In this document: positions 19,219-29,845 of the stretch, in pieces
Position numbering within the stretch: position 1 is the stretch's first letter
Layout of the letters: every line of letters starts with the position of its first letter
Assembly: GCA_963836185.1 (NCBI GenBank)
Contig: CAWIIQ010000001.1
Span: 1,600,001-1,664,000, forward strand
Source of the DNA: Candidatus Krumholzibacteriia bacterium
GTDB taxonomy: Bacteria > Krumholzibacteriota > Krumholzibacteriia > Krumholzibacteriales > Krumholzibacteriaceae
Length of the DNA stretch: 64,000 nt
Reading direction: 5' to 3'
Notes under the pieces: generated by a model
Told to the model about the DNA's origin: nothing
The model's input: the letters and a program-made list of their open reading frames with translations, nothing else
Databases searched by the model: none
Made by a program: the position numbers and the translations under genes

Positions 19219-20388
19219 TTGAAGATCCTCACAATGATACTGGCTGGCGGAACCAGTGAGGGACTCTCGGTTCTTACACGGCACAGGGCCAGGACGGCAG
19301 TCCCTTTCGGGGGTCGTTACAGAGTCATCGATTTCTGTCTGAGCAATTGTGTCCATTCAGGACTGACCGATATAAACATCCTCGCGCAGTACAACCCGAA
19401 ATCACTGATAGAGCATATAAGGATGGGCAAACCATGGGACCTCGACAGGAAGCATGGCGGCGTGACTATCCTGCACCCTTCATACCGGGGAGAAGCAGCT
19501 CACTGGTATCTTGGCACAGCCGACGCTCTTTACCAGAATCGGGATATCATAAGAAACTCAGGATGTGAGCTCGTGCTCGTCCTATCGGGCGATCAGGTTT
19601 ATACCGCCGATTACGGTGAGATCGTCGCATATCATCTCTCCCACAACGGCCCCGTCACTATAGCCTGCAAGAAGGTCTCGCCGAAAGACGTCTCGAGATT
19701 CGGCATGGTCAGGTGCAGCAGAAACGGGATAGTCAGGCAGTTCAGGGAGAAACCGAAGCGTGCACTGGCGAGCGACAGGGCATCGCTCGGGATGTACCTG
19801 TTCGACGCGCGTCTTCTCTCGAAGATTCTGAAAGGGAGCAGGACCGATATCGTGTTCGACATGCTTCTTCCCATGATAGAGGATGGAAATGTATACGCCT
19901 TTCCATTCGAATCTTACTGGGAGGATATCGGGTCGCTACCCGCGTATTACGGGGCGTCGATGAGGCTTCTCAGGGGATCGTCGCTGATATCACAGAAGGG
20001 ATGGCCCATATATACCCGGGGCGAGGATCTTCCGCCCGCACGCTTCTGCCAGGGTTCCGAGGTCTCCGGTTCGATAACGGCCTGCGGCTGCAGGATAGAG
20101 GGCAGGGTCAACAACAGCATCCTCTTTCCCGGCGCCGTTGTTGAAAAAGGAGCGGAAGTCAGCAACAGCATAATATTCTCCCGGACGAGGGTCCGAGAGG
20201 GCGCGATGGTAGAGAGGACGATACTCGACAAGGATGTGACTGTAGGGACCGGCGCCATCGTCGGGAAAGTCTCATCCAGGTCAGGCGATATAACCGTTAT
20301 CGGAAAGGGAGCTTCGATCAGGAACGGCATCGCCGTAAAACAGGGCAGGATCGTCGAGCCGGGTGAAAGGGTGAGGGACGAGGAATGA
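19219..20388 (+). CDS. glgD: GlgD-like ADP-glucose pyrophosphorylase subunit
   Basis: AGPase fold with a degenerate Gly loop (AGGTSEGL) and ARTAV replacing AKPAV; tandem with glgC. Confidence 0.7.
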   Translation: MKILTMILAGGTSEGLSVLTRHRARTAVPFGGRYRVIDFCLSNCVHSGLTDINILAQYNPKSLIEHIRMGKPWDLDRKHGGVTILHPSYRGEAAHWYLGTADALYQNRDIIRNSGCELVLVLSGDQVYTADYGEIVAYHLSHNGPVTIACKKVSPKDVSRFGMVRCSRNGIVRQFREKPKRALASDRASLGMYLFDARLLSKILKGSRTDIVFDMLLPMIEDGNVYAFPFESYWEDIGSLPAYYGASMRLLRGSSLISQKGWPIYTRGEDLPPARFCQGSEVSGSITACGCRIEGRVNNSILFPGAVVEKGAEVSNSIIFSRTRVREGAMVERTILDKDVTVGTGAIVGKVSSRSGDITVIGKGASIRNGIAVKQGRIVEPGERVRDEE

Positions 20389-21647
20389 TCAAGCAGATGT
20401 CGGCATTCATACTGGCCGGTGGAGTCGGGAAACGTCTCAGCCTGCTGACTTCAAACAGGGCGAAACCTGCCGTTCCCTTCGCCGGAAAATACAGGATAAT
20501 TGATTTTACGATAACTAACTGCGTAAGGTCGGGGATCGGCGAGGTATACGTCCTTGCACAGTATATATCCCGCTCGCTTGAACGCCACCTGGGAATAGGG
20601 AAGCCCTGGGATCTTGACCGTGCGACAGGAGGACTTCACATACTGCATCCGCATCTTGGTTTCAGGGCTGCGGACTGGTACAAGGGAACTGCTGACGCTC
20701 TCTACCAGAACATGTCGATACTGGAATCTCTTGATTCAGAGCATGTGCTGATCCTGTCAGGCGACCATGTATATAACATGGACTATGGAGAATTTCTCAA
20801 GTATCACATAGCTTCCGGCAGGCCGGCAACTGTAGCGGTGACAGATGTTCCAGCGAGCATGACCAGGCATTTCGGTATCGCCACTGCCGACTCAAAGGGA
20901 AAGATCCTCCGCTTCGATGAAAAGCCTCTGAAAACGAGAAGCAGGCTCGCCTCGATGGGGATATATATCTTCGATCGCCGTTTCCTGATGAGCACGATGG
21001 AGAGGATCAAGAAATCGCACGACGATCTCGATTTCGGCAAGCATGTCATACCGGACCTCGTCGCGAGGGGGAAGATAACCGCCTACAGATATCAAGGCTT
21101 CTGGCTCGATATAGGGACCATGAAGTCTTACTACATGGCATCGCTCTCTCTGCTTTCAAAGCAGCCCCGTCTGAAACTGTCGGGTGAAGGTTACGGCGTT
21201 ATGACCGCCCCTAACGACCATCCGCCGATGAGGATGATGAAGGGGGCCAGAATCGAGAGATCGATGATCTGCAGTGGCTCAGTGATCTCCGGAACAGTCC
21301 TTTCATCAGTCCTGTCTCCCGGGGTGATCGTAGAGAAAGGCGCCGTCGTCGAGGGATCGGTCATCCTGCAGGATTGTGTAATAGGGAAGGGCTCCCGGCT
21401 GAAGAATGTCATCCTAGACAAGGAAGTCCGTGTAGGAAGCGATGCCGTGATCGGCGCCGGTGATGCCAGGACCGCCAATGATATCCAGCCGGAGTATCTC
21501 GATTTCGGGGTGACACTCGCGGGCAAGGGGACCAGGATTCCTTCAGGTATCAGTATCGGGACAAACTGCCTTCTGGCTGGCCGTATTCCGCGAATAGATA
21601 TCCCTGATGGAAAGAGCTCGCTCTCCTCGGGGGATAAGTCAGTCTGA
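20385..21647 (+). CDS. glgC: Glucose-1-phosphate adenylyltransferase
   Basis: LAGGVGKRL...RAKPAVPFAGKYRIIDF, WYKGTADA, LSGDHVY, ASMGIYIF. Confidence 0.9.
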   Translation: MIKQMSAFILAGGVGKRLSLLTSNRAKPAVPFAGKYRIIDFTITNCVRSGIGEVYVLAQYISRSLERHLGIGKPWDLDRATGGLHILHPHLGFRAADWYKGTADALYQNMSILESLDSEHVLILSGDHVYNMDYGEFLKYHIASGRPATVAVTDVPASMTRHFGIATADSKGKILRFDEKPLKTRSRLASMGIYIFDRRFLMSTMERIKKSHDDLDFGKHVIPDLVARGKITAYRYQGFWLDIGTMKSYYMASLSLLSKQPRLKLSGEGYGVMTAPNDHPPMRMMKGARIERSMICSGSVISGTVLSSVLSPGVIVEKGAVVEGSVILQDCVIGKGSRLKNVILDKEVRVGSDAVIGAGDARTANDIQPEYLDFGVTLAGKGTRIPSGISIGTNCLLAGRIPRIDIPDGKSSLSSGDKSV

Positions 21648-23444
21648 TTCGACCCAGATCATCAGCCTGTCACCGGGGAAGACGAGATCCTTCTTCACAC
21701 TGTTGTTCCAGGCCAGTATATCCGATACCCTGGTCCGGTACCTTCTGCTGATCGAACTTAGCGTCTCGCCTTTTCTGACAGTGTGGTAGACCTTTTTCTT
21801 ACCTTCCATGCTGCCGGAATCGGCCGTATTGACATTCGATCCGGTAGGAAGGTATATCACGAGACTCTGCCCCGGGTGGATGGTAGAACTGTTGCGCAGG
21901 TTGTTCCATCTTCTCACCTTGCTCAGACCCACATGATACCGTTCGGCTATCTCGCTCAGAGTGTCCCCGTCCCTGACCCTGTAGACGACCTTTGTCTGAT
22001 TCTTCGGCGGTGTGTATTTCTTGATCGTGATCTTCGAAGGAAGATTCGGCGACTCCTTGTATTTCGGTTTGCTCGTCACAGAGGCTACCTGCCCTGAGTC
22101 CTTGACAGGAATCAGGAGAATCTTGCCTTCCCTGATCTTGTGCGCGTTCTGGATGTTGTTTATCTTCTTCAGCTCAGACTGTGATATCTCGTATTTCGAC
22201 GCTATCCTCGAAAGGGTCTCGCCCTTTCGGACCTTGTGCCTGTGCCATGAAACACGCTCTTCAGGGGGGATGCCGGACAGAACCGCCAGCACCGCGTCCC
22301 CTTTTCCTTCGGGGACCTTGATGTCTATCTCCGCATCGGGGGGAGTGGCCCATCTTTTCAGCGTTGGATTGAGTTTCTTTATCCTCGTGACCGTGCAGTC
22401 GGCCCCTCTGGATATATGTTTCAGATCGGTGGAGCGGTCGATCGTAACCATGTCGAAAGTCACGGGCTCGACATGCCCGATCTTGAACCCGTAAGCAGCC
22501 GGGTCCCGGCCTATTGTCAGGGCGGCCATGAATTTCGGCACGAACCACTTCGTCTGACTGGGCAGGCGCAGCTGCCAGTAGTCGTCGGTCTTCTGCCTGG
22601 ATATGGCGCCAGCTACCCTGTACTCGCCGGCATTATATCCAGCCAAGGCAAGATCCCAACGTCCGAACAGGCCATGCAGATATTTCAGGTAGTTGGCCGC
22701 CGCGTACGTAGCGGCTACAATGTCTTTACGTTCATCGATCCACCAGTTGATCCGCAGTCCGAAGAGCCGCCCGGTTCCGGCCATGAACTGCCAGGGACCG
22801 GTCGCCTTGACGCTCGATCTCGCGTTGAGATTCAGGCCGCTCTCTATCACGGCGAGAAAGAGGAGGTCGCGGGGAAGTTCCTGCTCTACGAGGATGGGCT
22901 CGATTATGTCACGGTACATCTCGACCCGTTCGAGCCACCGGTGAAAGTTTCTCCTGCCTTTTCCCTGGAAATATTGAAGCCAGTGCTCAGTTCGCCAGTT
23001 CAGGACTACTTCTATCTCTTCCTCGACGACATGGTTCTGGCCTATCGAGTCGATGACGGAAGTCATCAGGTCGCGCCATTCGGTTTCCGCCTCTTCATTC
23101 TCGATGTGACTGGTCAGGATGATCGCGCGGTGCTCGAGTGTGTCTAGATGATCGCAGACGAATATGTCCGGTCCGGTTGATCTGAAATCGTTGATATCTC
23201 CCAGCAGGGATTCGCTCAGGGAGAGGGAGTAGTCGAGGTCACCAAGGCTGTAGAATGCCTCGGCTTCATCGAGTTTCCTGCTCAGCAGCATGAGCTGGGG
23301 ATACAGGAAGTAGACCTCTTCCTCGGATACCGATGCCTCGTAATCGGCTTGACCGGACGATTTTCCACTTTTACCGGCAGGAAAGCAGGCAGTAAGGGAA
23401 ATCGCCGCCAGCAGGGTCAGCAGCAGCATCAGAACGCGTCTCAT
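21639..23444 (-). CDS. mltD: Membrane-bound lytic murein transglycosylase D-like lipoprotein with LysM repeats
   Basis: Lipobox LTAC; AVIESG...GPWQFM...YNAGE; three LysM domains. Confidence 0.9.
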   Translation of the reverse strand: MRRVLMLLLTLLAAISLTACFPAGKSGKSSGQADYEASVSEEEVYFLYPQLMLLSRKLDEAEAFYSLGDLDYSLSLSESLLGDINDFRSTGPDIFVCDHLDTLEHRAIILTSHIENEEAETEWRDLMTSVIDSIGQNHVVEEEIEVVLNWRTEHWLQYFQGKGRRNFHRWLERVEMYRDIIEPILVEQELPRDLLFLAVIESGLNLNARSSVKATGPWQFMAGTGRLFGLRINWWIDERKDIVAATYAAANYLKYLHGLFGRWDLALAGYNAGEYRVAGAISRQKTDDYWQLRLPSQTKWFVPKFMAALTIGRDPAAYGFKIGHVEPVTFDMVTIDRSTDLKHISRGADCTVTRIKKLNPTLKRWATPPDAEIDIKVPEGKGDAVLAVLSGIPPEERVSWHRHKVRKGETLSRIASKYEISQSELKKINNIQNAHKIREGKILLIPVKDSGQVASVTSKPKYKESPNLPSKITIKKYTPPKNQTKVVYRVRDGDTLSEIAERYHVGLSKVRRWNNLRNSSTIHPGQSLVIYLPTGSNVNTADSGSMEGKKKVYHTVRKGETLSSISRRYRTRVSDILAWNNSVKKDLVFPGDRLMIWVESD

Positions 23445-23654
23445 CCAGTCTAACCTCCAAGTCTGGCGTAATATATCCAAATCCACGGCTACATTCAAGT
23501 CGAGAAGCTGCCGTGGATATCCTGACTGTTATACGGACATATGCAGGATTGGTGCCCCAGGTTCTGTCCTAACCCCTTTAAATCGAGGGCGTATTCGTGT
23601 ATAATTACTTATGGAATAGACCGTAACAACGACCCTGCTTAAGCGAGACGTACT

Positions 23655-24948
23655 ATGCATCACGGGTTCGAGAAAGACTACAGTTTTCTCCTGTCGAGAC
23701 TTATCCCCAGACAGCTTCTGTCCGCGAAGAGGATAGAGGGGATCAGGAATGCCCTCTCATCCGGAATACGTTCCGAACTCATGAGTGAGGCGTGGCTCGC
23801 GATGGAGGAACTCGTCGCGCTCAGGATCTACGATCGCGGGCTTCCCGAGAGCAGGGGGGGCGAGGTGCATGTCCAGTTTACCGAGCGAGCGGGCCCGTCA
23901 AGGATCACCCTCGAGATGCCCTCGGCGGAATACAGCGCCGTATCCGGAACTGAAAGGCGCCAGGGAGGGGTAGTCCCTTCCGTCCTTGCCGGGATCATAT
24001 CGGCTCTGTCTCTCGATGATTCACCAGTCAATATCATCAGACCGGCTCGAGAATCTTCTCGATCTCGCAGGTACGATCGAGCCAGGGGCTTCCGCCTTCC
24101 TGATGCTCTTCAGCGAATTCGAGGCTCCTAATATCAGAATATCCGGACGGATCGGGGAGACTTCACTTGCCGACGCGGAAACGGGCGGATTCTACAGTCC
24201 TTCACTAAGCTCGGACGCTCCGGTGATCATTCTCGGAAAGGGGCGTATGAGCGGCGGCATCTTCAAGGTAGATGGAAGGACCGATACGCTCATGCTCTTT
24301 CCGCTCAGGAGCGAAGGACTCGTATATGGTCTGCTAGAGGTCCATTCGGTCACCGGGGGAAGGCAGGCGGACGAAAAGATGATGAACTATCATCTCATCG
24401 CGAAAGGGATCATCAGGGTACTGGACAACAACAGGCAACTGGAGCGAATGGTCTCTATCGACAGGCTCACAGGAGTCAACAACAGGAACAACTACGAGAT
24501 CCAGCTTCCTCTCGAGATGGAAAGAGCGACACGTAACAGGAAATGTCTCGCTTTCCTTATAATGGATATTGACGATTTCAAGTTCTTCAATGACAAGTAC
24601 GGCCACGATACCGGCGACAAGGTTCTGAAACTCGTCGCTGAAACTGTCAGGAAGCACCTGAGGAAGATCGATCAACTGTTCAGATTCGGCGGTGAGGAAT
24701 TCATCGCGCTGCTTCCTGGAGCAGGACGTGAAGCGGCGGAAAGGACCGCCGAGAGGATCCGTGAAGTAGTGGCGGGAACAAAACTGACGACCGATGATGG
24801 AAGTTCTCTCGGAATAACGATCAGCACGGGCGGATGTATATTCCCGGCAGACGCCGGGGACGAGGAAGAACTTTTCCGTAAGGCTGATCAGGCGATGTAC
24901 AGAGCAAAGAGGGAGGGCAAGAACAGGGTCTCGTTCTTCGGCGGATAA
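23655..24948 (+). CDS. Diguanylate cyclase (GAF-like + GGDEF), frameshift near 24039
   Basis: DIDDFKFFND.YGH..GD, RFGGEEF; N-terminal ORF joins as VNIIDRLENLL after removing one base. Confidence 0.85.
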
Positions 24949-24974
24949 ACCGGACGTGTGCGGCAGGGAGGTGG

Positions 24975-26615
24975 ATGGTGTTTGTGTGGTGGGCCGTATT
25001 TTTCTTTGCCGGAGCTTTCGTTCCCTCAGGCTGTCCGGGAATCGGTGCGGCGCTTGGAACTGCTTCGATCATCGCTGTTCTTCCATGTAGAGCCGGCACC
25101 GAATTCAGGTGGCGGTTTTTTCTTACATGTGCTTCCGGTCTTTTCGTACTCGCGACAGCATCTCTTTCACCGGTAGACATCGACATTCTCTCAGGCAGGT
25201 CGAGACCCTCTCTCGCCCGGGCCGGAAGTTTTCCCGCCGCCGTTCGTGTCGTACGAGACGGAATTATCGGTCTCACCGAAGACCGGCGATTGACCGGCGA
25301 GACAGGGAGTCTTCTCAGAGCTCTCCTCGTAGCGGAGAGGAAAGCGCTTTCGCCGGGTATACGCCGGGACTTCCGAAAGACCGGCACAGCCCACTATCTC
25401 GCGTTGAGCGGTCTTCACCTCGGGCTGATAGCAGTGCCTCTCTTCGGGATACTCACTCTCTGCGGAGCGAGGGGCGTATTCCGGGATGTGTCAGCTCTTT
25501 TCGCGCTCTCGTTCTACGCGGCGGTCGCTGGACAGCCAGGATCTCTTCTCAGGGCCCTGTCGATGATGACGTTTATCCGGACCTCAAGGCTCGCGGGCAT
25601 AAAAACCGGTCCGGGACGATGCGTAATAGCCGGGGCGTTCCTCGTATGTATCCTCGACCCGGCGTCATTGAACGACACCGGGTTTCTTCTCTCGTTCAAC
25701 GCAGCGGCCGGGGTGGCCCTGCTTGGAGTGCCGGCGTGCACTTCCATACAACAGTACCTGCCGCGAAGAAGGCTGAGAAGGGTGATCACTCTTCCATTGC
25801 TGACACTCGTGATGTCGTTCTGCGTCCAGCTCTCGATGCTGCCCCTCATAGTGAGGATATTCGGATTCGCGCCTCTTTCAGGCCCGATCATGAGCGTCCT
25901 GCTTTCACTGCCGGTAACATTACTGCTGTATGGCGGCTTCCTCTATGTCATCGCAGGGCATCTTTGGGCATCGGCAGCCGCTCCGCCACTCAATATGCTT
26001 TCCACTCTGACTGCCGGCATCGTATCCAGAGGAGCGGGGCTCTCGAGAGCCGGGCTGATCATCACAGATTTTGACATCCGGATCTATATACCCGGGCTTG
26101 CAGCCGCTGCCTGCTCTCTGAAGATGGAGGCCCGCGGCAAGTGGCTGCTCATAGCAGGGACTCTGATGACGCTCCTGTCATTCGCGCCGATCCTTTCCGG
26201 AGATGTGAATATTCCGGTGAACATCCCGGAGAGAGGCGCCCGGGTGATCGGGGGCGACGACGGGATACTGGTCCTCGATGAATGCCCAGCGGCAAGGTCC
26301 GCACCATACCTGTCGAGGGACCTGCGCAAATCCGGGGTCAGGAGGCTTGAGTCTTTGGTCATACTTGGCGCGGGAGAGTTCGATGTAGAAGGCCTCTTGT
26401 GCCTGACAGCCGACTTCAGGCCGGAGACAGTGTTTCTCAGTCCGTGGCTGAACGGTGAAAGTACCGGGAACGTAGAATGCACATTTGTCAGGACTGATAC
26501 GGTTCTGGGGGGAGCTGGAGCGCGGCTTTCAGTCAATGCGCCAGCTGTCCTTCCGCGGAGAGGGGCCCGGGCGACAGGAAAGGAATCATCACTGACCATA
26601 TCACCGCTTGACTGA
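24975..26615 (+). CDS. comEC: ComEC/Rec2 family competence membrane protein
   Basis: 'GTAHYLALSGLH', 'GFLLSF', multiple TM helices. Confidence 0.85.
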   Translation: MVFVWWAVFFFAGAFVPSGCPGIGAALGTASIIAVLPCRAGTEFRWRFFLTCASGLFVLATASLSPVDIDILSGRSRPSLARAGSFPAAVRVVRDGIIGLTEDRRLTGETGSLLRALLVAERKALSPGIRRDFRKTGTAHYLALSGLHLGLIAVPLFGILTLCGARGVFRDVSALFALSFYAAVAGQPGSLLRALSMMTFIRTSRLAGIKTGPGRCVIAGAFLVCILDPASLNDTGFLLSFNAAAGVALLGVPACTSIQQYLPRRRLRRVITLPLLTLVMSFCVQLSMLPLIVRIFGFAPLSGPIMSVLLSLPVTLLLYGGFLYVIAGHLWASAAAPPLNMLSTLTAGIVSRGAGLSRAGLIITDFDIRIYIPGLAAAACSLKMEARGKWLLIAGTLMTLLSFAPILSGDVNIPVNIPERGARVIGGDDGILVLDECPAARSAPYLSRDLRKSGVRRLESLVILGAGEFDVEGLLCLTADFRPETVFLSPWLNGESTGNVECTFVRTDTVLGGAGARLSVNAPAVLPRRGARATGKESSLTISPLD

Positions 26616-26754
26616 GAGAGTGATGACGGATAATATCCAGCATCATCGGATTCGACGCAGGAGACGGCGGCGGACTTCCGGACGGGCGCCACTGAAGGCG
26701 GCCAATATCCAGCATAAGAGGACTCTGTGTTCCAGCCCTCTCGTTCAGGGAGTG

Positions 26755-27385
26755 ATGATGGAAGAGAATATCAAGATCGCGGTATTAGCCTCCGGCCGGG
26801 GAAGCAATTTCAGGGCACTGGCGAAGGCATGTCTCGATGAGGATTATCCGGCTGAGATAGCTCTGCTTATATCCGACGATCCGGATGCGGGAGCGCTGGT
26901 ATTCGCCCGGGAAAACGGCATCGAATACGCTGTGGTCGACTGCGGCCCGAAGAGAGGTTCGATGTCTCCAGATTCCAGCGAGGAGATGCATCGTCTCTGC
27001 GCTGAGCGCGGTGTCGGGCTCGTCTGCCTTGCTGGATTCATGCGCATAGTCAAGGGCAGGCTGCTTGATGAATATGGTGGCAGGATGCTGAACATCCATC
27101 CGGCCCTGCTTCCGAGCTTCAAGGGGCTGCATGGACAGAAACAGGCCCTCGACTACGGCGTACAGTATTCTGGATGCACGGTGCATTTCGTCGACGCTGG
27201 AATAGACACGGGCCCGATAATAATGCAGAAGGTCGGTCCCCGTACTGCCTGACGACAGCGAGGATTCCCTGAGCGAGAGGATACTCGCTCAGGAACACGC
27301 GGCATATCCGGAAGCGGTCCGGCTCTACGCCGAGGGAAGGCTACGGATCGAGGGAAGGAGAGTTCTGATAAGTGATGACAAGTGA
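26755..27385 (+). CDS. purN: Phosphoribosylglycinamide formyltransferase, frameshift near 27235
   Basis: ASGRGSN, LAGFMRI, NIHPALLP, HFVD.GIDTGPII; continues VPVLPDD...QEH..YP in the shifted frame. Confidence 0.92.
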
Positions 27386-28271
27386 TAACAGCAGACTGCC
27401 GGGAGTCGTTCCCGATTACAGCGGCAAGGTAAGGGATATATACGACCTGGGGGAGATGCTGCTCATCGTCGCATCCGACCGCCTGTCCGCTTTCGATTCG
27501 GTCATTCCCACTCCGATCCCGGGCAAGGGGATCGTCCTCAACACGATCTCGGCTGCCTGGTTCGACAAGTTCGATACCATGCCGAATCACATGATATCTG
27601 TGGAGGTCGATGATTTCCCGGAACCTTTCAACGGATTTCCGGAACAGCTCGCCGGAAGATCGATGCTCGTGAAAAAGGCTGACAGGCTCGATATAGAATG
27701 CATTGTCCGGGGCTATATATCAGGCTCAGGATGGAAGGAATACCAGAATTCCGGCGCTGTTTGCGGCATCAAGCTGCCCGCAGGGTTGAAGAACTCGGAC
27801 AAGCTCGAAAAGCCGATATTCACTCCTTCGACGAAGGCGGATTCGGGACACGATGAGAATATCTCGATCGAAGAGGCTGGAAAGATCGTCGGTGATACGA
27901 TCGTGAAAGAACTTGAGAAGATAAGCCTGGAGCTCTATACGAGAGCGAGTGAATTCGCTCTCTCCAAAGGTATCATCATCGCTGATACCAAATTCGAATT
28001 CGGTATGACCGAGGGCCAGATCATAGTTATCGACGAGGTCCTGACCCCTGATTCATCGCGATTCTGGCTTGTCGATGAATATAAACCGGGGCAGCAGCAG
28101 AAGAGTCTGGACAAACAGTATGTCAGGGATTTCCTGGACGAAAGCGGATGGGATCACGAACCGCCGGCACCTGAACTTCCTGCGGATATAGTCGAGAAGA
28201 CAAGAGAGCGCTATGCGCTCGCGGCAGAGATGCTGTTTCCCGATCTGAACATCAAGAGGTATATGAGATGA
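27372..28271 (+). CDS. purC: SAICAR synthetase
   Basis: GKVRDIY, SDRLSAFD, ADTKFEFG, DEVLTPDSSRFW. Confidence 0.96.
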   Translation: MMTSDNSRLPGVVPDYSGKVRDIYDLGEMLLIVASDRLSAFDSVIPTPIPGKGIVLNTISAAWFDKFDTMPNHMISVEVDDFPEPFNGFPEQLAGRSMLVKKADRLDIECIVRGYISGSGWKEYQNSGAVCGIKLPAGLKNSDKLEKPIFTPSTKADSGHDENISIEEAGKIVGDTIVKELEKISLELYTRASEFALSKGIIIADTKFEFGMTEGQIIVIDEVLTPDSSRFWLVDEYKPGQQQKSLDKQYVRDFLDESGWDHEPPAPELPADIVEKTRERYALAAEMLFPDLNIKRYMR

Positions 28272-29830
28272 ACCGGAAGGTCGAGAGAGCTCTTATAAGC
28301 GTCACTGACAAGACTGGTGTGGTCGATTTTGCACGCGGACTGACCGACAGGGGCGTAGAGATAGTAGCGTCCGGCGGGACCGCCCGGGCGATAAGGGAAG
28401 CCGGCATACAAGTCACGGGTATCAGTGATCTGACAGGATTCCCGGAGTGTATGGACGGCCGGGTCAAGACACTCCATCCCAAGGTGCATGGAGGTATTCT
28501 GGCCGACCGCAGCAAGAAGAAACACCTCGACCAGGCCGCGGAACTCGGAATCGGGCTGATCGACCTGGTGGCTGTGAATCTCTACAGATTCAGGGAAGCG
28601 GCATCCGATCCCGCCCTCTCGGAACTCGAGATTGTCGAGCAGATCGATATCGGCGGCCCGACTCTGATCAGGTCGGCCGCGAAGAACCATGATTCTGTGT
28701 CTATAGTGACCGACCCCTCGGACTACGGGGCCATACTCGAGGAGATGGACTCGAACGAGGGCTGCGTTACGGACGGGACCAGAAAGAGGCTTTCCTCGAA
28801 AGCTTTTCATCATACAGCCTCATACGATGCGGCCATATCAGCCTGGTTCGACAGTATCGAGGAGCCGGGGGAGATGCCTGAAGAGAGGATCAGTGTCTAC
28901 AGGAGGTCGCGCTCGCTCAGGTACGGCGAGAATCCGCACCAGAAGGCCGCCCTTTACGTAGAGGAGTCCCCTGTCGGGTCGTTTCAGGATTTCGTGCAGC
29001 ACCAGGGGAAGGAACTCTCTTTCAATAACATCCAGGATATGTGGGCCGCCTATCTTCTCGCGCGGGACCTCGGCGCCGGCGCCTGCGCTATACTGAAGCA
29101 TATGAATCCATGTGGAGCCGCAGTCTGCGATACTGTCGGGGAAAGTTTTATCAGGGCTCGGAAGACCGATCCGCTGTCGGCTTTCGGGAGCGTTATCTCG
29201 ATAAACGGGATAGTCGACGAAGAACTTGCCGTCGCCGCAAAGGAAGGTTTCGTCGAGGTGATCCTCGCGAGAGGATTCACGGACAGCGCCCTCGATGCCC
29301 TGAAGAAGAAAAAGAACCTGAGGCTGATCACGCTTCCCGAAGAAGAGTGGGAGAGGGAGATCTCCGGCCACGTCTCGAGGGAGGCCGGGCCTATGCTTCT
29401 CGTACAGGAAAGGGACACGGGATTTCCCGAGATCGAGAAACTCGAGATCGTCACGTCGAGGAAGCCTTCAGCAGATGAAGAGAAGGCGATGCGCCTCTCA
29501 TGGAAGGTCGTCAAGCATATGAAGTCGAACGGGATCGTCATCTGCGACGCCCTCGGAACGGTAGGAGTCGGCGCCGGGCAGATGAGCAGGGTCGATTCAT
29601 GCAGGATCGCCGTAGAGAAGGCCCGGATAGAGAATATGACGATCGAAGGAGCGTCAGCGGGCTCGGATGCCTTTTTCCCTTTCCCTGACGGTGTAGAGAC
29701 ACTGGTCGAGGCCGGGGTCAGATGCATCATTCAGCCCGGGGGATCGATGAGGGACGAGGAAGTCATCGCTACCGCCGAGAAACTCGGTATAACGATGGCG
29801 ATAACAGGCAGAAGGCATTTCAGGCACTAG
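28268..29830 (+). CDS. purH: Bifunctional AICAR transformylase/IMP cyclohydrolase
   Basis: GRVKTLHP, IDIGGP, LRYGENPHQ, SDAFFPF, RHFRH. Confidence 0.97.
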   Translation: MNRKVERALISVTDKTGVVDFARGLTDRGVEIVASGGTARAIREAGIQVTGISDLTGFPECMDGRVKTLHPKVHGGILADRSKKKHLDQAAELGIGLIDLVAVNLYRFREAASDPALSELEIVEQIDIGGPTLIRSAAKNHDSVSIVTDPSDYGAILEEMDSNEGCVTDGTRKRLSSKAFHHTASYDAAISAWFDSIEEPGEMPEERISVYRRSRSLRYGENPHQKAALYVEESPVGSFQDFVQHQGKELSFNNIQDMWAAYLLARDLGAGACAILKHMNPCGAAVCDTVGESFIRARKTDPLSAFGSVISINGIVDEELAVAAKEGFVEVILARGFTDSALDALKKKKNLRLITLPEEEWEREISGHVSREAGPMLLVQERDTGFPEIEKLEIVTSRKPSADEEKAMRLSWKVVKHMKSNGIVICDALGTVGVGAGQMSRVDSCRIAVEKARIENMTIEGASAGSDAFFPFPDGVETLVEAGVRCIIQPGGSMRDEEVIATAEKLGITMAITGRRHFRH

Positions 29831-29845
29831 GAGGAGTATCCGCGT

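Noticed and set aside
26608-26754. Arg-rich N-terminal extension of PurN with repeated AATATCCAGCAT; possible purine riboswitch
   Set aside because: A good RBS (AGGGAG) precedes the 26755/26758 start, and I could not match ZTP or purine riboswitch consensus elements.
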